DNA of 64,000 nt from an uncultured Planctomycetota bacterium (GTDB lineage: Bacteria; Planctomycetota; Planctomycetia; Pirellulales; Lacipirellulaceae). The stretch covers positions 160,001 to 224,000 of the forward strand of contig CAVRBU010000006.1 of the NCBI GenBank assembly GCA_963719315.1, given 5' to 3'. A program made the translations under genes and the position numbers. The notes under the pieces are model-generated. The model worked only from the letters and a program-made list of their open reading frames with translations. It ran no database searches and was not told where the DNA came from. Of this stretch, positions 20,762-29,720 are shown one piece after another (the first letter of the stretch is position 1; the number at the start of each line of letters is the position of its first letter).

Positions 20762-21265
20762 CTAATCGGTGTCGGTGCGGAGGGCCGATTCATCGGCCAG
20801 CACTTGGCCCTGATACTCGATCGTGACGCGAATTTGTTTGGCGCCCTGGTCGGTGACGGAAGCCAGTGTCGGATTGGAGGGCGACACGTAAGTGATTTGC
20901 ACGCTCTGCCGCCAGCCGGTTCGATTAGGGATGGCGGTGCCGTCGCGATCTTGGGGCGGCGACGCGGTCCAGGCATCGTAGTCGTCGACATCGTCAAAGG
21001 CCGATCGGGGCGAGGCGGACTCGCCGCTTTCGCGGCCGAAGACCGCAGAGCCATCCGGGTCGCTGTACGGCAGTTGGATGATTTCCGATAACAGTTCGTC
21101 GGCCAATCCGGCGGCGATCGCGCGGTTGCCGATCGAATCGGCCGAGCGCGTGGCGGCGCCCAGCGAATTGAGCGTCGCCACCGACAGCAAGCTGACGATC
21201 ATGGTCGAAGCGACGACCTCGATGAGCGTCAGGCCGTCGCGCGCGTTTGCAAGATACCGAGACAT
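20762..21265 (-). CDS. Minor (pseudo)pilin, PilV/GspI-like
   Basis: G|LTLIEVV prepilin motif; FDDVDDY. Confidence 0.85.
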   Translation of the reverse strand: MSRYLANARDGLTLIEVVASTMIVSLLSVATLNSLGAATRSADSIGNRAIAAGLADELLSEIIQLPYSDPDGSAVFGRESGESASPRSAFDDVDDYDAWTASPPQDRDGTAIPNRTGWRQSVQITYVSPSNPTLASVTDQGAKQIRVTIEYQGQVLADESALRTDTD

Positions 21266-21279
21266 GGTGATTGGAATTT

Positions 21280-21339
21280 GGTGTCAGGTGTCGGGTGTCG
21301 GGTGTCGGGTGTCAGAAACGATCACCCGACACCTGACAC
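21280..21339. repeat. GGTGTCG tandem-heptamer inverted repeat (empty)
   Basis: (GGTGTCG/A) x5 … CACCCGACACCTGACAC. Confidence 0.88.
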
Positions 21340-21344
21340 ACCCA

Positions 21345-23003
21345 CTAGTTGGTTCCCACGCGGACATCGACGTAATCGAATTCGGACGCGCTCGTGTCGG
21401 TTGTCAATGTGAGGTAACGGTCGGCTGTCGTCGAAGGCGCGTAGGTCGGATAGGTATAAGTGCCCTGGTCCTCGCCGTTGATTTGCAAATTGACCAGGTC
21501 GTTGGCCGGCAGAATCGTGAGTTGATAGCGGACGAAACCGCTGGACAGGTTCGAGCGGCTGAATAGCTGCTTGGTTGTTGCGTCGGAAGTCATTCCGTTG
21601 AGCGAGAGGGTTTGCGTGCCGTTCGATTGGCGCTTTACGTATACGAGGATCGGCGCGTACTGGCCGCCTTGGCGGTCGGCGTAAATGCGAAGCACAGCGC
21701 CGTTTCCGCCTACGGTTGTGTTGCGGCAACGGGCTTCGACCGTGGTGGTCGTCGTGAAATCGGCGAGGGGCCGAGTTTCGATCCCCCCGGTCGCGGTCCA
21801 CACGCCGTTTACGAGTTTACTCGTGTCGAATGAGCCATTGCCGGTGACGACCCAATCGGCGACGGCATCGCCGTTGTCGTTCGTGGTCGCCGGATCGCGA
21901 TCGAAGTCGGTTCGCCAATAAGTGGTCAACAACTCCGGGGAATTTCGCAACGGTGCGCTCGTATCAACGCGTGAATAGCCTTGGCTGCCCGATTGGAGTG
22001 CGATGCGGACGCTGGAAACGTAATTTCGCGTCACGTTGTACGTCGTGCTGGGCGTGGTGTAAGTGCCATAGATGCGGGCATACATCTGCCGCGTGCTCAT
22101 AGATTGCCAGGACGCGCCGGCGTCGGTCGAGTCGTTGACGCCGGTGGCAGTTGTGTCGCTGTACGGGATTCGCGCAGCCTGTCCCGAGCCGCTCAACTGT
22201 GCGAAGACCAAGTCATAGCGCCGGCTGAAGGAGAGTTCTCGAATCGGACTCGAAAACGTGACCGTGTTCCACCCGTCGGAACTGGTCAATGAAGATTCGG
22301 GAATCGTGACCTGGCCAAGCACGTTGCTGGTTGGGCTGTCGTAGGGATCGCCAGTTGGACGAACCTGCACGGCAAGTGTCTCTGTGGAGGAACTATTCTG
22401 TCCCCCGTAGAAGTCTATTCTCGTCAGATTCCACGAGACGACGTTAGCGGGAATCGACGAGAACGCCGTCGGTGCGATCACCTGTGCCATAAAGTTGCTC
22501 GCGTCGATATCTCGACGCGTACTGCCCTGGGGCGAGGCGGTGGTCAGCAGCAATTGCTCGGCCGAGTCGGCGGTCGTCGTGTAAGCCGTTGTTTTCTGCG
22601 TCTGCTGGAGCGTGACGCTGAATGAGTTGACCGAGGAGAGGACGTTGGCGCTCGTTCCGCCGTTGATCGTCTTGCGGAGCGGCTCTCCGGCGACGCCCGA
22701 CCATTCGTAGCGGATCTTTTCCGCGGTACCGTCAGCGTTTCGATCGGCGACTACGAACTCGAGGATCTGCGGCGTTTGCTGGATGACCAGCGTGGCGTAG
22801 GGGAGCTCGTCGCATATCTGGCTGACCGCATCCGACGCCTTCGCACGCCGCGTGGCATCGGAGGGTGTGTACGCAATTTGGCGGCCGATCAACATCACCG
22901 ATCCCATGCCGCCGATCAGAAACGTGCCGACGGTCATGGCGACCACCAGCTCCATAAGCGTGTGGCCGCAGCGACGGCGAGTGGTATGACTCAATGAATT
23001 CAT
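21345..23003 (-). CDS. Large minor pilin, PilW/GspJ-like, with beta-rich extra domains
   Basis: G|HTLMELVV motif; 552 aa, rich in Ser/Thr. Confidence 0.8.
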   Translation of the reverse strand: MNSLSHTTRRRCGHTLMELVVAMTVGTFLIGGMGSVMLIGRQIAYTPSDATRRAKASDAVSQICDELPYATLVIQQTPQILEFVVADRNADGTAEKIRYEWSGVAGEPLRKTINGGTSANVLSSVNSFSVTLQQTQKTTAYTTTADSAEQLLLTTASPQGSTRRDIDASNFMAQVIAPTAFSSIPANVVSWNLTRIDFYGGQNSSSTETLAVQVRPTGDPYDSPTSNVLGQVTIPESSLTSSDGWNTVTFSSPIRELSFSRRYDLVFAQLSGSGQAARIPYSDTTATGVNDSTDAGASWQSMSTRQMYARIYGTYTTPSTTYNVTRNYVSSVRIALQSGSQGYSRVDTSAPLRNSPELLTTYWRTDFDRDPATTNDNGDAVADWVVTGNGSFDTSKLVNGVWTATGGIETRPLADFTTTTTVEARCRNTTVGGNGAVLRIYADRQGGQYAPILVYVKRQSNGTQTLSLNGMTSDATTKQLFSRSNLSSGFVRYQLTILPANDLVNLQINGEDQGTYTYPTYAPSTTADRYLTLTTDTSASEFDYVDVRVGTN

Positions 23004-23023
23004 GATGAATGCCAGTTGTCACG

Positions 23024-23050
23024 TAGCTGAATTCTTGCGAATTCAGCTAT
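23024..23050. repeat. GTAG-type palindrome GCTGAATTCTTGCGAATTCAGC
   Basis: Related pairs at 31269-31335 and 58899-58962. Confidence 0.85.
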
Positions 23051-23081
23051 CGCGATCGGGACATTTTCAGTAATCGGGTAA

Positions 23082-23639
23082 TTAGCTTCCGGAAACCTGG
23101 GACGTTCCACCTTTGGCGTGGTTGCTGGTGATTGTTACGGCCCCGGTTACGCTGTCTACGGAGACCGTGCATTGATGCGTCTTGGCCGTGAGCGTCACCG
23201 AACCGCCGCTGGAGGGCGTGCCGTAACCATCGAATGACAGCGTCAACCGGCTGGCGAAGTTCGCCATGGCGCTATCGAGCGAGTACGGCGACTTCCTGAG
23301 GTCGACTGCATACGCCTTGATGGCGTTGTCTAAGCTCTTGGCGCCGCTGATCGTGTAGGCCCCGCCGCCGGTGAAGGTCAAGACCTGCGGGGCGCTTGTT
23401 AGTCGGGAAAGTTGCCGGCAGTATTCGATATCGGCCTTAACCCGGCGGGCGGCGGTCTCCACGCGGTGGAAGAGGAGCGAGTCGAGAAAGGTGGGGGCAG
23501 TGACCGCCGCAAAAATGCTCATGATTAGAACGACGATCGTGAGCTCGGCAATCGTAAACGCCCGCAAGCGATCGGCGCGCAGGTGAACATCAAGCGCCCG
23601 GCGGTTCCGATGCCGCGGTGTGCGTCGAATCGTTTGCAT
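23082..23639 (-). CDS. Minor pilin, FimT/GspH-like
   Basis: A|FTIAELTIVVLIMSI…P; C-terminal FDGYG…GG…V…TG. Confidence 0.85.
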   Translation of the reverse strand: MQTIRRTPRHRNRRALDVHLRADRLRAFTIAELTIVVLIMSIFAAVTAPTFLDSLLFHRVETAARRVKADIEYCRQLSRLTSAPQVLTFTGGGAYTISGAKSLDNAIKAYAVDLRKSPYSLDSAMANFASRLTLSFDGYGTPSSGGSVTLTAKTHQCTVSVDSVTGAVTITSNHAKGGTSQVSGS

Positions 23640-24052
23640 GGCATGAGACGATTGTGTGTTCGCGAGCGGGGATCCGCACTGGGCGGAATGCTGAAACATA
23701 GCTTGCAGAGGATAGTGTTCTCGGGCCCTTCTGACGAACTAAACTGCCAGGCCGACTGTAATTTTGGGAAGTGCCGCTTCGGATGGCTGGTGGGGCAAAT
23801 GAAGACGCGCATGCGCATTGTGTCGCCTTTGACGGCTAGGTCCGGTCGTCCCCCTCAGTTGGATTTTTCCTGAATTGTGATTCGGCACGCGCCTGAGCGC
23901 GGTTCGCGCCCTAATGTTTCGATAGCAGCGGCGCTCGCGAGCGCGAGGGCCCTGCCGCGAAATGGTCTCGATCGATGCGCGACAGCAGCTTCGACGCCGC
24001 GGCGCGTCTTTGGATCAAACAAGGTTTCACTCGGGATTTGGGAGACAGTTAC

Positions 24053-24502
24053 ATGCGCAAGCAAAAGGGTTTCACGCTGATCGAACTTGTGGTGGTAGTC
24101 ATGATTCTGGGCATTTTGGCCGCCGTGGCCGCTCCGAAGTTGCTCAATACCTCGGGCTCTGCCGCGGACAACGGTTTGAAGCAGACACTCGCCGTCGTTC
24201 GCGACGCGATCGAGCGCTATGCCGCCGAACACGCGGGCACGCTACCCGGTGGCGGCGCTTCTGGTACCGAGGCGATCCTGAAATCGGACCTGCTGCTGTA
24301 CCTGCGCGGCGATTTTCCGAAGTGCCCAGTGGCCGGCGGAAATGACAAAATAAAAATTACTACCGCGGCGGGAGCGATCGCAGGCGACCCCTCGGCGACG
24401 CCCGCGGAATCGTGGCACTATAACTCAGGGGACGGCCAGTTCATTTGCAATACGGCCACGGCTACCAAGAGCGATAGCTCGGTTAACTACGACGAACTGT
24501 AA
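24053..24502 (+). CDS. Major (pseudo)pilin, GspG/PilA-like
   Basis: MRKQKG|FTLIELVVVVMILGILAAVAAP; GGAGA RBS; divergent from the minor pilins. Confidence 0.92.
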   Translation: MRKQKGFTLIELVVVVMILGILAAVAAPKLLNTSGSAADNGLKQTLAVVRDAIERYAAEHAGTLPGGGASGTEAILKSDLLLYLRGDFPKCPVAGGNDKIKITTAAGAIAGDPSATPAESWHYNSGDGQFICNTATATKSDSSVNYDEL

Positions 24503-24814
24503 CCAGGTTCGACGGGTGAAGTATTTGAGAATTGAATGCGAATCCTGCCGTGCTCTGGCGCGAGTGCCAGCACGGCAGGATTCCCGCGATTGCGGAAAGC
24601 TGTTGTGTGCTAGCCCGATCAGCCCGATTGAGTTTGGGTAAAGCTGGCAATCAACAGAATTCGTGTTTGGCTTGCTGGTTGCGAAGAATGTCCCGATCGC
24701 AACAAAGATCGGGCTGGCAGACGGTCGATAAGAAATTCGAGTTCAGACAATGCGCCCATGTTTGGCGAACGGGTCAGGTGCGGCGCGGATTGCGATGCAG
24801 CGGAACCTACGAGA

Positions 24815-25204
24815 ATGACCAACGGAAAGGCGAAAATCCTGGTGTGCGAGGATAATGTGGCGCTCTCGGGCGTTATCTGCTTTAACCTCGTGCGGGCCGG
24901 GTTTGATGTCACCAGTGTCGCCAACGGCCGGCTGGCGCTCGACGCGCTGGAAAAGTCGACGTTCGACCTTGTGCTCTCGGACCAGCAGATGCCCAGGATG
25001 ACGGGGATCCAGTTGTGTGAGAACTTCCGTCAGCTTCCGGCCCATCGGCGAACGCCGTTTATTCTGCTGACCGCCAAGTGCATGGAACTCGATTTCGCCG
25101 AGCTGCAGCAGAAGCTGAACATTTCGGCGGCCCTGCCCAAGCCGTTCAGCCCAAGTGAACTCGTCAATTGCATAGAGGAAGCGCTCGCCGCAAGGGTTGT
25201 GTGA
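24815..25204 (+). CDS. Single-domain response regulator
   Basis: ILVCED, LSDQQMP, LTA, KPF. Confidence 0.93.
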   Translation: MTNGKAKILVCEDNVALSGVICFNLVRAGFDVTSVANGRLALDALEKSTFDLVLSDQQMPRMTGIQLCENFRQLPAHRRTPFILLTAKCMELDFAELQQKLNISAALPKPFSPSELVNCIEEALAARVV

Positions 25205-25210
25205 ATTTTG

Positions 25211-25248
25211 GGGTGTCGGGTGTCAAGTGTCGGATGCAATCTGACACC
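25211..25248. repeat. GGTGTCG tandem-heptamer inverted repeat (short, empty)
   Basis: GGTGTCG-GGTGTCA-AGTGTCG … CTGACACC. Confidence 0.75.
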
Positions 25249-25267
25249 TTATGCGGAATGGATTCCG

Positions 25268-27115
25268 ATGATTGGCAGCAAGCTGCAAATTCGATTGCCT
25301 CGCAAGGTCACGGCCTACTTTCTCCTGTTTGGCCTGGCGGCCCTGGTGTGGCTCGGCGTCGGTGCGATTTACGTTGCCTACGCGGTCAAGGACAACCGGT
25401 CGGAAACCGCGTCTCTACGGGCACTCGGGCGCGGAAGCGACCGCGTCGTGCTGGCTTATCTGCGCGACAAAAACGCGGACCTGCAAGCAGTGTTGGCGGA
25501 GATTCGAACTCAAAGCGGCGCGGATTATTGCGCAATCGCGGCCCCGACCGGCGAGTTCTTTGCCCATTCCAAGGGTGAGCTGCGCGGGAAGCCCGCTACC
25601 GAGCAAGGCACGATTGCCGAACGCTGGGGCCAGGTCGAACGCGTCGAATTCACGAGCGTCGGAGGCGCCGCGATCCACGAATATCGCTGCCCGCTCAAAG
25701 CCGGGGACAAGGAATTAGGCACAATGCGGCTGGGAGTCGCGCAGTCGAGCGTCTGGAGTTATCTGACTTCCGGGGCCCAGTTGCTGCCCCTGGCGTTTTT
25801 CGGGCCGGCGTGCTGCTTGGTCGTCGGCGCGGTGTTCCTCAATCGATTGGTGCGGCCGGTTGCCGAGATCGAGCAGCAACTGCATCAGGTGGCAACGAGC
25901 CCGTCGCTCGAAAGCTGCGAATGGCGGGAAGTTCCCAACGTGGGGGCGGCGGCCATCGGTTGGAACCGTGTGGTTCAACAAAAACTAGCGGGCGGACAGC
26001 GCGAATCGCTGCACGAGCGCATTCGGCAGTCGCTCGGCAGCGGTCGCCAAAGCCGCCTCGATGCCGTGCTCAACAGCATTCCCGATGGCGTGGCAACCAC
26101 CGATGCGGCCGGCCGGCTGACGTATACCAACCTGCCGATGTCCGTGATCCTGGGACTCAAGAACCCGGTCGGCGGCGGCGACGGTGCCAGCGCAGCGGAG
26201 GCCGCGCCGTTAATGACAGAACAATTGATTCAACGCTGGCAGATGTCGGAGTCGGATGGGCTCTTGTCGGCAGAGAATCGCGATCGCGCAGTCGTGACCG
26301 AGCTGACGCGCGAGGAAAGCGGGCACCGACGGATCGTGCGCGTGGCTCGCCATCCGATTTGCATCGTTGGCGGCGCGAAGCAGGAAGCGCACGTATGGTC
26401 GATGCGCGACGTGACTCAGCAGAAGCTGGCCGAGGAAATGCGCGACCAGTTCGTCGACACGGCCACGCACGAGCTGCGGACGCCGCTGGCGAACATCAAG
26501 GCTTATGCGGAGACACTGGCGCTGGCAGACATGATCGACGTCGAACAGCAGAAGCAGTTTCTCAATACGATCAATTCAGAAGCCACGCGGTTGGCGCGGT
26601 TCGTGGACGACCTGCTCAGCGTCAGCAGCATGGAGTTAGGCTCGCTGTCTCTCAACAAGCAAGTGACGGATTTGACCCGGATGCTCAACGAGGTGTTAGC
26701 CAAGATTCGGCCGCAAGTCGAGGAAAAGCGGCTCACGCTCGAAGTCGCGTTCCCGGAGAAAATGCCCGAGCCGGAACTGGACAAGGACAAAATCTCGGCC
26801 GTGCTCGTCAATCTGTTGGGCAACGCGGTGAAGTACACGCCGGCGAATGGGCGGGTCATTTTTCGGGTTCATATCACGGCTCAGCAAATCGAAATCAGCA
26901 TCGAGGATACAGGCGTCGGCATCTCTGCGGACGAGTTGCCGAAGGTGTTCGACAAATTCTTCCGCAGCCCCGACCCCCGCGTGCAGCAAGAAACAGGCAC
27001 AGGTCTCGGTTTGGCGCTGGCGAATGAAGTCGTGCGATTGCACGGTGGAAGAATCACGGTGGAAAGCGAGATCAACAAGGGCAGCACGTTTACGGTGTTG
27101 TTGCCGCTGGCTTGA
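25268..27115 (+). CDS. Membrane sensor histidine kinase with PAS-like domain
   Basis: Two TM helices; HELRTPL, NLLGNAVKY, DTGVG, GTGLGL. Confidence 0.95.
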   Translation: MIGSKLQIRLPRKVTAYFLLFGLAALVWLGVGAIYVAYAVKDNRSETASLRALGRGSDRVVLAYLRDKNADLQAVLAEIRTQSGADYCAIAAPTGEFFAHSKGELRGKPATEQGTIAERWGQVERVEFTSVGGAAIHEYRCPLKAGDKELGTMRLGVAQSSVWSYLTSGAQLLPLAFFGPACCLVVGAVFLNRLVRPVAEIEQQLHQVATSPSLESCEWREVPNVGAAAIGWNRVVQQKLAGGQRESLHERIRQSLGSGRQSRLDAVLNSIPDGVATTDAAGRLTYTNLPMSVILGLKNPVGGGDGASAAEAAPLMTEQLIQRWQMSESDGLLSAENRDRAVVTELTREESGHRRIVRVARHPICIVGGAKQEAHVWSMRDVTQQKLAEEMRDQFVDTATHELRTPLANIKAYAETLALADMIDVEQQKQFLNTINSEATRLARFVDDLLSVSSMELGSLSLNKQVTDLTRMLNEVLAKIRPQVEEKRLTLEVAFPEKMPEPELDKDKISAVLVNLLGNAVKYTPANGRVIFRVHITAQQIEISIEDTGVGISADELPKVFDKFFRSPDPRVQQETGTGLGLALANEVVRLHGGRITVESEINKGSTFTVLLPLA

Positions 27116-27118
27116 GAG

Positions 27119-27190
27119 AGGGTTCAGGGTTTAGGGTTCAGCATTAAAGTCGCAATGAGAAATGAACCCTGTACCCTGAGCCCTGACCCT
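27119..27190. repeat. GGGTTCA-type tandem-heptamer inverted repeat
   Basis: AGGGTTC-AGGGTTT-AGGGTTC … TGAACCC-TGTACCC-TGAGCCC-TGACCC; fills the HK-STAS spacer. Confidence 0.87.
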
Positions 27191-27191
27191 T

Positions 27192-27527
27192 ATGTTTACA
27201 CAAAAACAACAAGGCGCGGTGGACGTAATCAGCGGCGGGGATCGGATCTCCGGCGAGCACGTGGCGGAGTTGTCGGCAGTGTTCGAGTCGCGATTGGGAA
27301 ATGGACAACCGCAAATCGTGCTTGATCTACAAGGCATCGCATTGATCGATAGTGCGGGCTTGGAGTTGCTGTTGGACTTTCAGGAGAAATGTCAACGGAT
27401 GGGCGGAGCGTTGAAGCTGGCCAATGCCGGCGCGCTGTGCCGGGAAGTTCTTAAGGCCACGGGTGTGGGCGCTCGCTTTGAAGTCTTTCGCGATTCGGGC
27501 GGTGCGGTGCGGAGTTTTGTGCAATGA
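27192..27527 (+). CDS. STAS-domain protein (anti-anti-sigma-like)
   Basis: IVLDL…IDSAGL with the conserved Ser. Confidence 0.9.
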   Translation: MFTQKQQGAVDVISGGDRISGEHVAELSAVFESRLGNGQPQIVLDLQGIALIDSAGLELLLDFQEKCQRMGGALKLANAGALCREVLKATGVGARFEVFRDSGGAVRSFVQ

Positions 27528-29272
27528 GTTTGTCGGCAACCAGTGAACAGCATGTGGTCGAGACCGCCGCGCCCGCTCCGCGCACGGGGCGGGCCACGCT
27601 CGGTCAGCAATTGATCGGGGCCGACCTCATCACGCCGCAGCAGTTGGATCAAGCGCTGGCCGAAGGCTCCCAAAAAGGATTGCGACTGGGCGAAACGCTG
27701 GTCGAGATGGGCATGGTGCAGGAGGACGCGATTCTGCCGTTCATCGAGAGCCATCTGGGCGTGCCGGCGATGCGGCTGCGCGACGGGATGATCGACCCGA
27801 TCGCCGTTCGTTTGCTGCCGCGTAGAGTGGCGGAGCGGCTGGACGCGATTGCACTGTTCAAGGTCCGCGACACGATCTGCGTGGCGATGGCCGACCCGCA
27901 GAACCTGGAACAGCTCGACGAAATCGAACGAGTCACCGGCCTGCGCGTGAGGCCCGTGTTCGCTTTTCGCAGTGGCATTCAGCGGACGTTGCCGCGGTGC
28001 TACGAGGAAGGTTTCGAAGTCGACACCGTGACGGCCGATCTCGACGATTCGGCCGTTCAGCTGCAAGCCGACGCGGCGGAGGTCGACCTCACCAACGTCG
28101 AGTCGATGGTCGACGGCAGCCCGATCATCAACCTCGTGAATTATTTGCTCGTGCAGGCGATTCGCGCCGGGGCGAGCGATATCCACATCGAACCGAGCCG
28201 CAAGTTTTCCGTGGTGCGATTCCGCGTGGATGGACAGATGTACGAGGCGCTGCGTCCGCGGCGCGATATGCATCCCGCGCTCGTCTCGCGCATCAAAGTC
28301 ATGTCCAAGATGGATATTGCCGAGCACAACAAGCCGCAGGACGGGCGGTTTCAGGTGACGGTGGAAGGCCGCGAAGTGGACTTTCGCGTTTCCACATTGC
28401 CCACCGTGCTCGGCGAGAAGATCGTGATGCGTATTCTCGACAAGGAGAACCTCACGTTCAGCCTCGACCTGTTGGGCTTCCCGCCGGACATGCTCAAGCA
28501 GCTCAAGCAATTATTGGCGAAGCCCTATGGCTTGTTGCTCGTTACGGGTCCGACGGGTAGCGGCAAGACGACGACGCTCTACTCGGCGCTGGAGTTGATC
28601 AAGAGCGTGCATAGCAATGTGGTTTCGGTCGAGGATCCGGTTGAGTACCAGGTCGAGCTCGTCAACCAGGTGCAGGTGGACGAGACGCGGCAGTTGTCGT
28701 TCAGTTCGGCGCTGCGGTCGATTTTGCGGCAGGACCCGGACATCATCATGATCGGAGAGATTCGCGACGTGCCCACGGCGCAAATCGCGGTGCAGGCCGC
28801 GCTCACGGGTCATCTGGTGTTGAGCACGCTCCACACGAACGACTGTGCCGGCGCCATTCACCGACTGGTCGATATGGGGATCGAGCCGTTCAAGATTGCG
28901 GCCGCGCTCGCGGGTGTGGTGGCCCAACGGCTGATTCGCACGGTGTGCCAGTCCTGCAAAACGTTCGCCTACGCGTCGGCCGAATTGTTGGAAACGATCC
29001 ACTACACGGGGGATCGCCGCCGCAGCTTCATCCGCGGCGAAGGTTGCCCGAAGTGTCACGACACGGGCTTCGTCGGCCGCACCGGCATCTACGAAGTCAT
29101 GACAATCGATCGTGAAATACGGAGCCTGATCGCCGGCCACGCCGGCACGGACGAAATCCGCGATTGCTACCGCCGCTCGGGCGGGAAGACACTGTTGGAG
29201 CAAGGAATTCGGCTAGCAGAGAAAGAGCAAACGAGTTTGGAAGAAGTGATGCGAGTGGCGTACTTTGAGTAG
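27524..29272 (+). CDS. GspE/PilB-family assembly ATPase
   Basis: ASDIHIEP, GPTGSGKT, EDPVE, LRQDPDIIMIGEIRD, TGHLVLSTLH; CxxC…CxxC; MshEN-like N-terminus. Confidence 0.96.
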   Translation: MSLSATSEQHVVETAAPAPRTGRATLGQQLIGADLITPQQLDQALAEGSQKGLRLGETLVEMGMVQEDAILPFIESHLGVPAMRLRDGMIDPIAVRLLPRRVAERLDAIALFKVRDTICVAMADPQNLEQLDEIERVTGLRVRPVFAFRSGIQRTLPRCYEEGFEVDTVTADLDDSAVQLQADAAEVDLTNVESMVDGSPIINLVNYLLVQAIRAGASDIHIEPSRKFSVVRFRVDGQMYEALRPRRDMHPALVSRIKVMSKMDIAEHNKPQDGRFQVTVEGREVDFRVSTLPTVLGEKIVMRILDKENLTFSLDLLGFPPDMLKQLKQLLAKPYGLLLVTGPTGSGKTTTLYSALELIKSVHSNVVSVEDPVEYQVELVNQVQVDETRQLSFSSALRSILRQDPDIIMIGEIRDVPTAQIAVQAALTGHLVLSTLHTNDCAGAIHRLVDMGIEPFKIAAALAGVVAQRLIRTVCQSCKTFAYASAELLETIHYTGDRRRSFIRGEGCPKCHDTGFVGRTGIYEVMTIDREIRSLIAGHAGTDEIRDCYRRSGGKTLLEQGIRLAEKEQTSLEEVMRVAYFE

Positions 29273-29717
29273 GTGTCGGGTGTCAGGTGTCGGAAAGGAG
29301 TTTGGTGATGGAGGAGCCACGTGCCAAGGTGCAGCGGTTCACCGATTTGGAGGTGTGGCGCAAGTCGCATGATTTGTTTCTTCACTTGTTGTTTGATTTA
29401 GAGTCGCTCCCAAATACGCGCCCGGCAGCGATCCTGACTGATCAGACGGTCCGTTCACTCGGCTCCATCGGAGCAAACATCGCCGAAGGGTTTAACCGAA
29501 GTAAGGCAAAATACCTGAGCAGTCTCGATATCGCGCTGGGCGAAGCCAACGAGACGGAGAGCTGGCTTTACAAGCTGCGCGATTCCAAGTTGCTCTCACG
29601 CGAAAAAACGAACGTCCACGTCGCCGAAACCATTCAAATCGAAAGGATGCTTGCCTCCCTCCATCGATCGATTTCTCGCCGTTCTTCCTGACACCCGACA
29701 CCTGACACCCGACACCT
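29271..29717. mobile_element. Putative cassette: four-helix-bundle gene enclosed by tandem-heptamer inverted arms
   Basis: 29271-29293 is the exact reverse complement of 29695-29717 (23 bp). Mobility is inferred. Confidence 0.55.
29308..29691 (+). CDS. Four helix bundle protein (23S rRNA IVS protein-like family)
   Basis: FTDLEVWRKSH…DQ..RS..SIGANIAEG…L.IALGEANET..WL. Confidence 0.9.
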   Translation: MEEPRAKVQRFTDLEVWRKSHDLFLHLLFDLESLPNTRPAAILTDQTVRSLGSIGANIAEGFNRSKAKYLSSLDIALGEANETESWLYKLRDSKLLSREKTNVHVAETIQIERMLASLHRSISRRSS

Positions 29718-29720
29718 GCG

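Noticed and set aside
25810..27027. Long alternative-frame and antisense ORFs (also 27392-28510, 34403-35605, 37399-38670, 43237-44322, 52403-53629)
   Set aside because: Shadow ORFs expected in high-GC DNA; they overlap well-supported genes and have no motifs.
29308..29691. Diversity-generating retroelement (Avd-like protein)
   Set aside because: No reverse transcriptase and no TR/VR pair with adenine-specific differences was seen in the window.
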